In this document: positions 38,791 through 51,833 of the stretch, piece by piece | Position numbering within the stretch: the first letter of the stretch is position 1 | Layout of the letters: each line of letters begins with the position of its first letter | Assembly (NCBI RefSeq): GCF_006345805.1 | Contig: NC_043007.1 | Span: 45,756,001-45,820,000 of the forward strand | Length of the DNA: 64,000 nt | DNA from: Octopus sinensis | Taxonomy: Eukaryota | Direction of reading: 5' to 3' | Translations under genes and position numbers: made by a program | The notes under the pieces: model-generated | What the model was told of the DNA's origin: nothing | Database searches by the model: none | What the model saw: the letters and a program-made list of their open reading frames with translations, nothing else

Positions 38791-39180
38791 CTTTCTACTG
38801 TAGGCACAAGGCCTGAAATTTTGGGGAAGAGATTACGACGATTACATCGACCCCAGTGAGTAATTATTACTTATTTAATCGACCTCGAAAAGATGAAAGG
38901 CAAAGTTGACCTCGGTAGAATCTGAACTCAGAACATAGCCACAGACGAAATACCAATTTCTTTACTACCCACAAGGGGATAAACACAGAGAGAACAAACA
39001 AGGACAGAAAAACGGATTAAGTCGATTACATCGACCCCAGTGCGTAACTGGTACTTAATTTATCGACCTCGAAAGGATGAAAGGCAAAGACGACCTGGCG
39101 GAATTTGAACTCAGAGAACGTAACGGCAGACGAAATACCGCTAAGCATTTCGCCCGGCGTGGTAACGATTCTGCCAGCTT
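38790..39180 (-). mobile_element. SINE family B dimer (head-body-tail1-body-tail2), inverted relative to its neighbour
   Basis: Junction gacgaaatac|caatttctttactacccacaagggg at 38944-38978. Tail 2 ctttctactgtaggcacaaggcctgaaatttt at 38790-38822. Confidence 0.9.
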
Positions 39181-40037
39181 GTTGGCAACAAGTTTTATCT
39201 ATCGGAAAAGATTTGAATTGAAGTTGAGGTTGAAAAAAAAGGAAACACACACACACACACACACATACACATACACAGAGAAAAAAAGAAAAAGATAGCA
39301 AGAGGTAAACTTTTCAAGAATTCTGTGAGATATTTAAAAATGGATTAAAAATGAAATGGGGTTTTACATTTGTATCATATCTGACTATGAGAAATGAGGA
39401 AATAAATATATTATAGATGAGTTTTATGTCAAGAGAGTTGACTAAGACATATAACGGTTAAGGTAAGGTTGAGAAGATAATAACTATTTGAAAAAATCGG
39501 ATAAATTACTCGGCTGATGAATAAAATTTTATTTGTATGAGAGGTATTACAGTTGAAAGAAAAAGAACTAATAATCGGGCATATAATGGAAAAGGTGAAA
39601 TTAATAAATATAATAGAAGAAAGGTAGAATTGTTTTGTAAATTAGAAAAAAAAAATCTCGCGAGAGTTGAAATTTGATGAATAAAACATTACTTGAAGAG
39701 AAAGTAATACAGTTGGAATAGAAGAACTGAAACCTAGCATCAATGTATGCATTGGAGGTGGGAAATGGCACGGGGAAAAGAGCGAGGATTATGAAATTAT
39801 TGCAAGTTCGATAAGATTAAAGGAAAATGCGTGTAAGAAATATTCGTAAGTATTAAACTTTTGGGAAAGAAAATAAATACTTTATTACATTATAAGACAT
39901 AACTAATCCCCTGTGCACACAAAAACAGTGTCACACACACACATGTATGCATGTGCTTATGTATTCATATATAAATGCATATATGTATTTATACATCCAT
40001 ATAGCCACGGATATATAGATCTCTCTATATCTATATA

Positions 40038-40640
40038 TTGGGTCATTCATAATTAATGCGGCTTATTATACACATATTTTTCAAGATTAAGATAAACAAA
40101 GTTCTTTTTTAATCTAAAACATATTATCTTTCATGTTCTACAATACTCTTCCGTCTATCTGGTAGACTTGCAAGGCCCCTCTTCCAAAATCCACTTGTCC
40201 CCGATGAGAAGTATTACGGAAGATTGCAGAATAAATGATAATCAGATGGGGTAATATTCAGCGAATATGGTGGGTGGTGCATCGTTTACAAACTGCTCCA
40301 GCCTTTAGAACGTCATCCTCGCTGTATGTGGCCGAGCATTAACCTTATTGAAGAACACCTTTCGTCTTGAAACCAAAGATAGTCCCCTACCGATGGCACG
40401 CATGTGTCGATGAATGGTTGAATGATCAAATCCAAGCTTTTCTGTTAGTTCCTGAACAGTTACAATGGGATTTTGTTCCACCAAGTTTTGCAGGACGGCC
40501 TCGTCTAGTTCTACAGATCTTCCAGGATGAGGCTCGAAATTTCTGGAACCACCGTTGACACTGGCTTACAATTATTTCCCTATCCCCAAATACCGCATTA
40601 ATGGTCCTCGCCCTTGTTTTTATTGAACTCATAAAGCGAT
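40038..40640 (-). mobile_element. Internally deleted mariner of the same family as 26876-28108
   Basis: TA|ttgggtcattcataattaatgcgg TIR. The block gaagaacacctttcgtcttgaaaccaaa also occurs at 27232-27259. The sequence then jumps to the HTH region (QCQRWFQKFR). Confidence 0.9.
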
Positions 40641-41639
40641 TAAGAATACAGCTCTTGAAAGTGTGTAATATGATATCTAAGGTTAGCGACACCTATGAGA
40701 AATTATCTGCTATACTAGATCATAGGTAGACTGAAGTGAGGTGTAGGTAATAATTTATTACAGTAGGCTTAGTAAGGAGAGGTCATAAGATAAATAAAAG
40801 ATAAAGGAAGAAAGAAATTATAAATAAATCAAAAGTAATGGTGAAGGAAAATAAAGCTTGCAAGCCAATAAGGTATAGGATCAGAGTATAGGAATCTCTA
40901 GCTAATTCTGAAGGACCAGGAGAATGGATGGCGATACACAGCATTTAGGGGTATTCAGTGGAGATTGGTCGGAAATTTGGGGGAGGGTACAAGGGTAATC
41001 AAATAATATAATCTAACTTTTATGGAATTGAAGTTTTAATAAAAGTAGAGTGTTACGTATCAATAAGGAGCTTAAAGAAGGATTGAGATATATAATGGAC
41101 TACACCTGGTACGGAGTTAGACGAAATAACGGATCGGATATCAAGGAAAGCCAGCAGTAGGGAGTAGTCTAATGATTAACAATCTGGAATGCTAAGCGTG
41201 TGGCGATAATATTAATTAATTCGATGGTATATCACATTTGTGTGAATCACGTAATTCAACTCCAGACAATAGTCGCGGGCTAAGCGGTTTGGATAATGTT
41301 CTATCTATTATATAACATGCACTGCTCAAAAAATTGTATCTTAGTGTAAGGAATACATACCTAGTAGAAATGGAAAAGAACTGGCTAGGGTGTGCAGGCT
41401 AGTACCCGTAGGTTAAGTATCAATGCCATCGCCATTGCATAAAACCGTGCGCACCACAGATAGAATTGTTAGTTCCTTCAGTATAGCATAACATGCAAGT
41501 ATAGTAAGAGCAGTTAAAGACTATTGGTATATGGAAGACGAGACTAAGAGGACTCAGATTCAAATAAGTAGATCAATCAACTAAAGGGTCAGCTAAATAG
41601 TGCATGACATAGATTGGATATAGTTTGGGGGCTATTATA

Positions 41640-43125
41640 GAGATTGTTTAATGTCCTTAAAGTATTTAAACGCGCGGGTAGCCTTATACATACAGGAAAG
41701 ACGAAGGTCTAGTTTATTGTTTAGTAGATTTACACTATTTGATCTCTAAATTTCAAACAGCTCCATGCAGCAAAGTTTGCATCCGTATCTACTGTTTAAG
41801 TACGGTTTAGCGACCCTAATGATGTCCCAACTCAAAACGAATGTAACATTGTTGTCCATCTTCTCTCAAAATCTTCATGGCTAGAGACGTCCTGCCAGGT
41901 CTATGTCTTTATTTAAAATATGAATAGTGTTTACATATGCGCCCCTTGAGATTTACGGAGCAATGTCTATATGTAGAAGTATTGATCTCCGTTACAGCAT
42001 CACATTTGTGAATCACATTTACTGCTGAATATCGACCAGAAAGCGGGTGAGATGTTTAGTCTAAACAATTGCACCCCAAATTTTCTAATATTTAAATTTA
42101 TTTTTACGGGTATGTGATCCAACGTCATTGCATAATAGTTCAAACCTGCGAGAGTTACCGTTGTTCGCATGGTAGTTGCTGGGATTTATATGACTATGTT
42201 CTATATTATGAGGATTATAATTAGTTGCCGTGTCCTGGGTCGGAGACGGTTGGTACTGGGCGTTGATATAAGAAATTTGGCTTTCAGATAGTGACACTAC
42301 ACGATTGAGGGTGGATGGTATAGAGGAAAAATTTCGAGTACAAATGTTAGTGTTCTGTGCGTTTAGCATATCGGTAACATGAATGGGAGTAGGTGGGCTG
42401 GCAATATGGGCAGTGGAGAGAGTCTTTGGGTTGTAGTGGAATCCATACTGCTGTGACTATTGGTAGTTGTGGCAAAGTTGCTACATCCTCTATCGCTATT
42501 AGTGACAGGTTGACTGATTTCATTGGAATGACTTGTTCGCTGTTCGTATTGTTGTGTAGAGTAGTAGTGTCGGGTGAGATAGCAGTGATAGGAGGAATAT
42601 TAACATTATTATTATTATTGTTTTTTCTAGTGCGATTTATATTAGCAATGGTGCTGCTAGAGGTATTATTACTACTCCGGGCCATGGATATGTGTTTCTT
42701 ATTCGGGCCAGCTATAATTGTACTTAGATTGGGGAGTGTTGAGTAGGAAACCTTACCGTTTCTACGAGAGAATAAGCAGTAGTACTTGTGTAAGGGGTTA
42801 AGTTGCGCTTTAGTGTACTAAATAATTTTCTACTTATATTAGTATCTATTATATAATGGAAGGGAAGGTTATTACATGTTACGTCACGTTTCTTCCTGTT
42901 CTTGTCTTTGTGTACGCTATGCTTCCTATCCCCATAATTAGATTGGGGTTTGAGTGAAGAACTTTTACTTTCATTTATTTCTTCATTTTTATTTGCGTTG
43001 TTGTCGATACGGTCACTGTCCGTATTGGTAGCGTAGTTATTAATTGTCCTGTTATCCTTGTCCGTGGTGCATATTCTCCGGACTGTATTGGTAACCCAGT
43101 CAAGTTTATTATTATTATTATTATT
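41640..43125 (-). mobile_element. PLE ORF C-terminal half (post-RT linker plus GIY-YIG endonuclease), decayed
   Basis: RKKRDVTCNNLPF..TNISRKLF (R.R..WFNPPF-type motif), SYSTLPNLSTIIAGPNKK, a long Asn/Thr/Ser-rich linker, then PLSGR..NVIHKC, TSLAMKI, WDIIRVAKPY..CKLCCME and LLNNK..SCMYK. Confidence 0.8.
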
Positions 43126-43712
43126 TTATTGTCTTTACACAGTTTCTAACGCTGGAGATATACTACGGTGTCAGCTGTTCAGTACCAGTGAACTAAGGTA
43201 ATACACCTTATTTTTGAAGCACCATCCGGAGTATTTGAACAGTTCCAAGCAATGCTTTTTTTCTGCAAGTTCACCACCCCTATTGCAGTGCCTATATATT
43301 TCATGTCCTTTTGAAGATTTTTACTCACTATTCCCAGGGCTCCAAAAATTATTGGTACTACTACCACCTTTTTTCAGCGACCACAACTGCTTAACCTCCA
43401 AAGCTAACTTGTTATATCTATGGAATTTTCTTTCTTCCTTATCGCATACCTTGTTGTTAGCTGGGCATGCTATAGCTATGATCCAGTATGGTTTGCTTTC
43501 TTTCTCAATTAACACTCTGGTTTCCTATTCTCAGTCTCATGGTCGGACTGAATTAATATTTTGATGATGCCTTCGGCTTTATGTTCGTACAACATTTTTG
43601 CACTGTCAAGTTCATACTCATTGCTCTATTACCATAACGTCTCTTACATTCTTTCAGGGGTAGTGGCGTACATTGACTAGTAAAATGCCATACGGTTTCA
43701 CCATTTTGTTAA
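43107..43712 (-). mobile_element. R4/Dong-type 3' fragment with (AAT)n tail
   Basis: GETVWHFTSQC, IIAIACPANNKVCDKEERKFHRYNKLALEVKQLWSLKK, VVVPIIFGALG. 3' UTR followed by aataataat at 43107-43130. Confidence 0.88.
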
Positions 43713-43744
43713 CTAATTTAGTGCATAGTTCAAAAGGTAGGTTG

Positions 43745-44030
43745 ATGTTAATGTACGGAAGAATTTCCTAATATTTTTGCGAGTTGTTTCAAGTATATAT
43801 TTGCTATTAGTGGATATGACAAAGAGAGCGTCATCCCTATATAGACCACCATGAAGATCTAGGAACTCGTTAGCCAGGCAATGCAAAATTCAGATTCACT
43901 CGACTCCATGGCAATATCAAAATTGTTAAACCTGTCGCTTCCTGTCTACAGTTTACCTTATAGTTCTGTTTACGATAATAATTCTTCTAGTTAATAGAAT
44001 AATTTCAATATTATCATTGGTATCTTTGGT
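43745..44030 (-). mobile_element. PLE reverse transcriptase core fragment
   Basis: NIEIILLTRR, NFDIAMES, and EFLDLHGGLYRDDALFVI..LETTRKNIRKFF, which contains the GLYRDD catalytic motif. Confidence 0.8.
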
Positions 44031-44163
44031 ATTGATCACGACCGAAATATCCTATCTGATACTTTGACTCTCGCCAAGCATAGGCTGGAACCACAGATAT
44101 TACCCAACCATACCTGGAGCATACCTTTTCAAGTACATGTTTCTATCTCAATCCTCAATTTAC

Positions 44164-44210
<47 letters not shown>

Positions 44211-44285
44211 TATAAGGTTCATCACATATTTCTCAGTCTGCGGAGAAATGGCTAAACTTTGCCCTGTATATTATTGTACAATATG

Positions 44286-44339
<54 letters not shown>

Positions 44340-46646
44340 ATATGTATACATATATACATACATAAACACATACATACTGCAGTCTAATGAGTGAGACATG
44401 TAAAAAAGAAGAAGAAAAACGATATAGGTAGCTTACTATTCCAATATCTGTTGGATAAACAAGTACGCCATTTAGTGAAAGATAAATGTCATTTGATACA
44501 CACAGTAGTTAAGGACAAGTTACTATTAATTTCATACTCTGGGAACTCTGTAAAATAGTGCATTTTTATATCATGCCTTCTGTCTCAAATGCACAGAATA
44601 GTTGGTCTTATTTAATGGAAAAGTACAAAGGTGGAATGATAATGAAAACAGAGAGGATAAAAAAGGAAAAAAAGGAAGAAAGAGGAAGAATAAAAAGAAA
44701 AGAAACAAGAAAAACATGAGTCCCCCCCTCTTTGCCCTTTAAAATCGACTCGCAATAATAGATTTGTAAAGCTGTGTATCTAGGCCAAAAAAGAAGAAAT
44801 ATATATAGAGATTAAATATAGCCGGTATCACGTGTCTCCATTTATTTCGTCTTCTTTTCATATATTTCGTTGATATTTTGTGATCTTATGATGTACGTCT
44901 TCGGAAAATTGTTACATCTGTATGCACTGAATTGCATTAAAAAAAATAAGAAGAAGAAATAAAGGGTTTAGTTTTATCTAATTTTAAATACGTTTTTCCT
45001 TATTCAGGTTTAGAATAACTACTTAATTCTCATCTTGTATGTAATATAATTTATTCATTACCACTTATTTTTCGTTTTCTTTTCATCTTATCTCCATATA
45101 GTATATATTTTACTTATTGTAATCTTTTGTAGTATTATTTGTTGTAATTCTCACTTTTCAAATATGCCATTTATAAAGTTTCTTAAAGTTCGATATTTAA
45201 TTCCGATTTAAATTTAGAATCTCACTCAAATATTTAATCTTTCCAAATATATAACACACTAGAATTCTCATATCACCACTTCCATACTTCCATTTGTTAT
45301 CTCCAGATAACTTTATTGCGATTCTTCACTTTTTTAAAACAATGACTTGATATTTTCCTCTGTAAAGAGAAATAAAGGTGCTAGCTGGTACCTCAATTGT
45401 ACAGGTTGAAATCATGCTGAATCTACTTCACATCGCTGGTATGTTATATGTGTGTCGTCAAAAATTAATTTCCAGCAATGAAGTAATTCACTTACCAAGA
45501 GAAGTATAGTCATTATGCAGGAAGATATAGGCATCAGGGGGAAGCCAGTATTCCGGACTAAATTACGCTCCGTGAAAAACAAACAGATATATTGTAACGA
45601 AACTGGTCATATTCTCAACAATAACTCTTTAATGTTATTCAAAAAAATCTGTATCCGTGTTTTATTTTCATTTTATATAAAAAAGATTAGGATACATACC
45701 TTGAAATTATGTAAGAAATATAAGTGGAACAACTGGTGGTTAAATATCTGTGACTATTTTTGTTATATAGTGAACTTTTTCATAATGCCAAAACATTTAA
45801 TGTAATCGTAATTTGAAAATAGATAAAGGCTTTTCGCGAGTTTTCTACATTTTTATCTTTCTTATATAACGGCATTTGAATCTTGTTATATGCATAAGTG
45901 ATCGCGTGTATGTGCTTATATACATACATTTATCTCTGAGCTTACTAATGCATAATCCATGCTATGCTCCGATTGTATTCATTCAAGGAAATTATTTGCA
46001 TTCATATTAAGAATCCTATCTATCTATCGTTGCTCTTTCTCTTTCTCTATATATCTTAGACCTTTATCTCTTTCCCTCTCTCATTCTGTCTCTTCGTCTC
46101 ACCTTTCCTCTCTGATTCTGTCTCTTCGTCTCTCTTCCATCCTGATTCCATTCTAGCTATTTCCTTTTCAAAAATACTGGAGCATGTATTTCCTTGCAAA
46201 ACTAAATATATACCCCCACCCCAGTCGGGAATATATCATTAAAAATTTCACGGTGTCACAGTTCAGTAATCTTATAAGTTTTACTCTTGACAGAATATCG
46301 CGGCAAATATCAATATTTTAGCATATATTATTAATCTTTACAGTTGATGCGTTCACAGTGAGTTGTAAGGGAAGTGAGAAGTATTTATTTAATTCAATCA
46401 TGTAAGGCGCGTGTGTGCATATCTGTGATTTTGCCTGTGTAGGTGTGTCATCTAGTCTGTTTGTGTGTACAAATGGAGGTGTACGAGTGAGTGTGCCTGA
46501 GTAAATGCGTATCTGCATACATGTACACGTAACTGTGTCTGTATATATAAATCTGTTTATGTGTGTGCTTTTTATATGTGTATATTCATATATAATTCTC
46601 ATTTACTCAGGATATGTGTTAATATACAAATACATACATTCATACG

Positions 46647-46755
46647 TAAAAAACAAATAAATAACAAGGATGTCAAGGCATTAATGCAATACGGCCGTTT
46701 CAGGCGGCCTATTGCATCGATACCTTGACATTTTTGTTACTTATTTGCTTTTTTA
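46647..46755. repeat. Imperfect ~51-bp-arm hairpin (foldback/MITE-like)
   Basis: taaaaaacaaataaataacaaggatgtcaaggcattaatgcaatacggccg-tttcagg-cggcctattgcatcgataccttgacatttttgttacttatttgctttttta. Confidence 0.85.
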
Positions 46756-47169
46756 TTTACCTTATTTCGAACTGAGCGGATAATATCGGACTGACTTGGT
46801 GCCTCAGCTAATGAAAACTTTATGTATCAAAATTAAAATTACTCTAGGTGGTGCAGAATAATTAGACGTTGTGGAGGTGAGACAGCTGCTCATTCGGGAG
46901 AGGGTCGTGTCCTATTTCACAAATGACATTTGTCCATGTGCTTGCTTTTCTTAAAAATTTCTGTATGTAGAAAGAATGTGCGATCTTTCAGCTTCGCATA
47001 ACTTTCAGCTCTTTGATCCATTTACACATATCGTAGATTTCCTCATGATGCTCCACTTCCTAGCCAATTTAGTAACTTTATCTTTGTCTGTGTCCTGATA
47101 AGATGACTGGTGGTAGCCTATCGACTTTTAAAATTGCCTTCGCATAAACCGACGTAATGTTTCTTTTCA

Positions 47170-48262
47170 AATACATTATCTTGGAGCACTGATGAATCTA
47201 TGAAACACATTTGAATTTATGAAACACATCTGGGCCACGGGCCTTTGTTATCATATTTCGCTTTGATTTTCAGAGAAATATTCACATCAGCAGGACAGCT
47301 AACCTCTGTGAAGGCGCATACTTTTTCTTGTCTTTCCCAACAAAAATATCCGAACTGTTATGCTTACATTTGACAGATGTTTTGATGGGATTGTTCCGCC
47401 AGAATTCCCTGTGCTGATATTTTTGTATGAATTCTATAACAAAGTGATTATCTATATATATTCCTGGACAGTTTTTTTTCCGAATGACATTGAATATGGC
47501 TTTTGCACAAAGGTAATGTCGCATAGAGAGGTAGTATCTTTATGACATTCGGGCACCTACTAATCACATGTGTGATGACCTCTACAGGAACTTGACGTCA
47601 TCTAACTTACGTTTGCAACTTGGATCTCCAAGGGTTTGTCTCTTTTTTTTTTATAAGGTATTTAACAGCAATCTCCTGTTCGTCGATTGCAAATGTATAA
47701 GCCTTCGAAGTGTGATGTAGCAGTCGTGAGGCCAAGACGAAATTTCTCTTCATGTCAATTTTACTATCTTCTTCACGTCTTCGGGAAATATACCCAGACA
47801 TGGTCTTCTTTTGGTATGATGAGCGTCCAGCTGATCTGGGATTGTGTGGCAGCTTATCAAGAAGAGAGTATTTTCTGAGGAGTTTACTTCCAACAAATAG
47901 CATATTGCTTCTTTAACGCTTAAGCACTAAGTTAATGTATTTTTGGCTGCTGTTGTTTAGCAAGTGCTATCTGAGAGAGACTATGCAACATTCAAAGGCT
48001 AGCCGCACTGATCTCAAGCCTGTACCTCCTTTGTCACTTCTTAGGTAGAACATGTCGATATCACTACTTTTGTGGCGATTTCCACTTGGAGTTAGAATCT
48101 TGCGGATTCTAATGTCTATGGAGTGGAATTCTTCATACCAGTCAATTATTCCAAATGTTGGAATCAGCCCTGGTACAGCGAATGCATTGTGGGATATTGT
48201 TTTGTTGTAAGATGAGAGTTCTAACTACCATATTCTTCTTAGTCTGGTGTAATATTTTTGGA
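47170..48262 (-). mobile_element. R4/Dong-type element of a different family: RT thumb to endonuclease, decayed
   Basis: YYTRLRRIW*LELSSYNKTISHNAFAVPGLIPTFGIIDW..IDIRIRKIL..SDIDMFYLRSDKGGTGLRS, YTFAIDEQEIAVKYL and EFWRNNPIKTSVKCKHNSSDI. Confidence 0.8.
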
Positions 48263-48310
48263 TCGTTCTATCTTTATTCATAGTACCTTCGTGTGATATA
48301 TTTTCATGAA

Positions 48311-48560
<250 letters not shown>

Positions 48561-49310
48561 TATTCTTTTACTTATCATTTATCAAACCTCATAAGTACGA
48601 AAGCGCGAAACTCTCGGCCCTCGAGTTTCTTTTAAATATAAATAAAATCAATATGCATATACTCAAATTTTGAGTTCTATTTTCCTTGTTTCCATCACCA
48701 AGCTATATAACTAATGGTCTTATGTCAACCTAGAAGTACCAATGAGAAAAAAATATACACCAACATTCTCATGTATAATGTTTCAATTCCTACACTCAAC
48801 CAAATGGCCATATGGAATGCATATGTGATGTGCCTTGAAACAGTCGTAATATTTGATATTACGTAAAATGTAATAAGTCGAATTCGGTATTTGGTTGTTA
48901 AATGTTTTACATAAGCAAAACAGTATGTATAATTTATATTGCAAATAGCTGCAAAAACCGTACAACTGCGGGTGTGACAGTTTAGAGCGGCGGTGGCAAA
49001 CTTGATTTCTTTGAGGCTCTTAATGTCTTTCGTTGAACAAGAATTAACTTTTCCATAACCAGTCTACGGTTGTTATTTACATTCTATAACTATTCTAATA
49101 TTCCTAATTTTTAAAAAATGTAATTATTAGATGAATTTACATTTTTCTTTCTTTTCGATTATTGGTTAAGTATTCACACGTAATGCTATTACGGTTTGCA
49201 GTATATTTAATAAATGGCTTTTGAAACGGTCTTATTAGATTACAATTATTTCATGCAGCCTTCAACTATGTATGTATGTATGTATGTATGTATGTATGTA
49301 TGTATGTATG

Positions 49311-49352
<42 letters not shown>

Positions 49353-50850
49353 GGCAGAAAGAAATGACCAGTGTACCAAGAAAGACGCATGTCAAAGGTT
49401 TCAAAACGGCTGAACAAGGAACTGAAAGGTGAAGCCCATCTTAATAAGGACACTCCTAGCAATCGAAAACAAGGCCAAACTCTCTCAAGAAAGAAAGAGA
49501 GAGAGCGAGAGAGAGAGAGAGAGAGAGGGGGAGAGAGAGATAACAGAACTGTGGAAAGCATAAAAGCCAATCCCAAAGCTTTCTATAAATTTGCGAAGGA
49601 AACAGTCACAATACCATGTCAAACAGGACCATTGTTTCGAGGGAATGACTCACTGATTACAGACACAAAAAGGGTAAGTGGGATATTCCTTGAACAATTT
49701 ATAAGTGTCTTCGGTTTCCCACTTGGACACATGCAGATAAAAATATACCGGCTGAATTCTTTAATATTGCAGCTCTAAAAATGGTGGCGCCAACCATCGA
49801 TTACATAAAAATTGAGAAAACAGTTGTAACAGCACCCATAGACGAGATGAGCTGAAGCTCCTGGTCCTGATGGCTTCCCAGCTACTTACCTGAAGTCACA
49901 TAAGCAGGCTTCAGCGAAATCACTTCAGATACTTTCCACCAAAGTTTCCTTGCAAGCGGTAAAATTTCTAAAAGGCTAAAAGAGGGCATTATAAGCCCTA
50001 TCTATAAATATGGAAGCAGAGTAGATGCCAAACCTAGAGGCCAATCACTCTGAATTTACATATCAGTAAAGTCAAGGAGCGAATCATCAGAAAGTAGTTG
50101 ATAATATTCCTAGAAGAAAATGAGCTACTGAACAATACACAGCATGGCTTTTGTCCAGGAAGAAGCTGCTTCACACAACTCCTACAGCACTATAACTGGG
50201 ATTTGAAACAACTACCTGACCATTCAAATGCCAGCGTGATATACCTTGACTTTCAAAGGCATTTGATAAGACAGATCATGGCATGATATGTCATAAGCTT
50301 TGAGACCTTGGCATTGCTAGTAAACTGGGAGAGTGGCTGCATGACTTCTTTAAAGACAGAAGTCAGACAATTGCAGCCAATGGTGCCCTTTCTGAGGAAA
50401 CCCAAATCGTAAGTGGCGACCACCAAGGAACTGTTCTGGGGCTATTACTGTTCATAAGAGCCTACTTAGACATTACCACGCTCACTCGAACAGCCACTGT
50501 CAATAACTAAGCCAATGATACAATATTATCACAGGCAAGAATATATCAAGATGTCTTAAGCTGACAGCCAGACCTGAATTCGAAATACAAGAGAGCCGAA
50601 ATAAACAATATACAGTTTAATGCTGGAAAACACCAAGCATTGCACTAACAACTCACGAATGTACTAACGCCTGCATATACAGGATCCGAAGACACTACAA
50701 TCCTATAGTCACAAGCAGTGAAAGACTTGGGGACCAGTATGTCCAATGACGCATCATTTTATAAGCACATTACCAAGATGGCAGCAAAGTGCAGAGAACT
50801 AGCAGGATGCATGCTGAGGCCCTTCAGGACAAGAGCCCAACAAACTATGC
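49353..50850 (+). mobile_element. CR1-like LINE ORF2 fragment (RT domain), decayed
   Basis: IKANPKAFYKFAK, APGPDGFP, FLEENELLNNTQHGFCPGRSCFTQLL, VIYLDF, SGDHQGTVLGLLLF, degenerate YADDT (*ANDT), VKDLG..MLRPFRTR. A (GA)n tract has expanded inside the former ORF at ~49495-49540. Confidence 0.9.
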
Positions 50851-50972
50851 ATAGGTTCGAAACTTTACTGATTCTTTCATTCTTCCCGAGCGCAGAACTA
50901 ATACACCTTCCTATTGTTCCTTCATTTGTCTTTGACATTTCTTTTCTGTAAATTTGAACTATGTATTTATAA

Positions 50973-51010
<38 letters not shown>

Positions 51011-51833
51011 ATGTGGGCGTGTGCGTGTGTGGGCGTGCGTGTGTGGGCGTGCGTGTGCATATATATATGTATATTACGTATATGCATAATGCTTCTCAAC
51101 ACACACTCACACATGACATACACATATATCTATATAAAATTGTACGCATTTCTGCTCTTTTGTTTAAAATCCTCGATAAACATGGGAACAACTGCTCCAG
51201 TTTTCTGATATTGTGTCAGCTATAATTCAACAAATGTCTTAATTCTCTGCTATTTGAATAGTAAGATGCATTCAGTGGAAAGATAAACTTCACACCAGAA
51301 CAAGCAGAAATTAAAATAAATATTTGACCATATACATAAAGAAGAGAAAATATATCGTTAGCCTCTCTATAAATATTAATAAATGAATAAATTATCTGGT
51401 TTTCTGATTAGGAATAATTGATATTGTTCATGCAATTCATATAAATAATCTTTAATTATTGGTCAATGTTATTCATCTGCCACTACTTTTGTGTACATAT
51501 ATGTGCCTAACTTTTGCAGTTGTACAGTCAAAACGTAAACTTAGTGGTACATTGGGTCGAGAATTTTACGGTGTCTATGCATGTATTATGTATGTATCAT
51601 TTATACTTACGAATGAATCAACACGCGCAATAACAACTGTAAATACAGATACACGTATATTAACATGTAGACACATGTAACATATATATCACTCAGTGTA
51701 TCTGTCTGTCCGTTTCTTTCTCTCTCTCTCTCTCTGCACAGATATACACGCGCACACACGTATATATACATAAACTATATATCTGTTTGCGTGACAATTA
51801 CGTACACACATACACATATGTATATACTAGTAT

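Noticed and set aside
38070-39180. Repeated units that might suggest a CRISPR-like array
   Set aside because: Units are 170-240-bp SINE bodies in mixed orientation with no unique spacers or cas genes, in a eukaryotic context.
39340-39850. Purine-rich stretch faintly resembling an RTE LINE C-terminus (KLINIIEER, ALEVGNGTGKRAR)
   Set aside because: Too degraded to support by eye; needs a profile search.
46900-47165. Possible additional restriction-like endonuclease C-terminus on the minus strand
   Set aside because: Only vague similarity (DKVTKL, QKFLRK); cannot be separated from the adjacent Dong relic.
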